Below are positions 63,902-64,000 of a stretch of 64,000 bases of DNA, in pieces (position 1 is the stretch's first letter; the number at the start of each line of letters is the position of its first letter). The stretch spans positions 1,690,457 through 1,754,456 of the forward strand of contig OZ316894.1 in NCBI GenBank assembly GCA_973895155.1, read 5' to 3'. The notes under the pieces were generated by a model. The model was given only the letters and a program-made list of their open reading frames with translations, searched no databases and was not told the DNA's origin. Source of the DNA: Marsupella aquatica (taxonomy: Eukaryota > Plantae > Marchantiophyta). A program made the translations under genes and the position numbers.

Positions 63902-64000
63902 CTGCGAGAATATCCACAAGGCAACTTTTAGGAAGTAAGCGATCAAGTTCAAACCTGGACACATAACGAGAACCTTCAAGGTACTTATCAAAATGGTCTT

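Overview
Eukaryotic, intron-containing land-plant DNA, probably a non-seed plant such as a bryophyte (inference from gene content and divergence). The left part (1-28.2 kb) is a nested transposon stack. It holds a decayed CACTA/EnSpm element ending at 12805, three TG..CA insertions with 5-bp TSDs (one 4.6-kb solo-LTR-like insert carries a disrupted ~1200-codon ORF), a non-autonomous Helitron, a MITE, and two Crypton-like tyrosine-recombinase elements associated with ~70-bp inverted arms that form long palindromes. The right part (28.3-55.7 kb) is a three-unit tandem cluster of a non-canonical NLR-like gene: N-terminal four-helix/RPW8-like coiled coil, NB-ARC, an array of near-identical 45-aa (135-bp) Armadillo repeats, and a C-terminal TPR exon. 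Core repeat number is 7 in copy 1, 1 in copy 2 (exactly 810 bp shorter) and 14 in a headless, frameshifted copy 3 with alternating A/B units. Variation concentrates on the ARM helix-3 binding face. This is the best candidate for an undescribed system: a repeat-shuffling ARM-sensor immune receptor. An Exo70A pseudogene lies between copies 1 and 2. The window ends with a 51-bp minisatellite, an intact organellar ssDNA-binding (OSB) gene and the last two exons of an apparently intact Exo70A gene.
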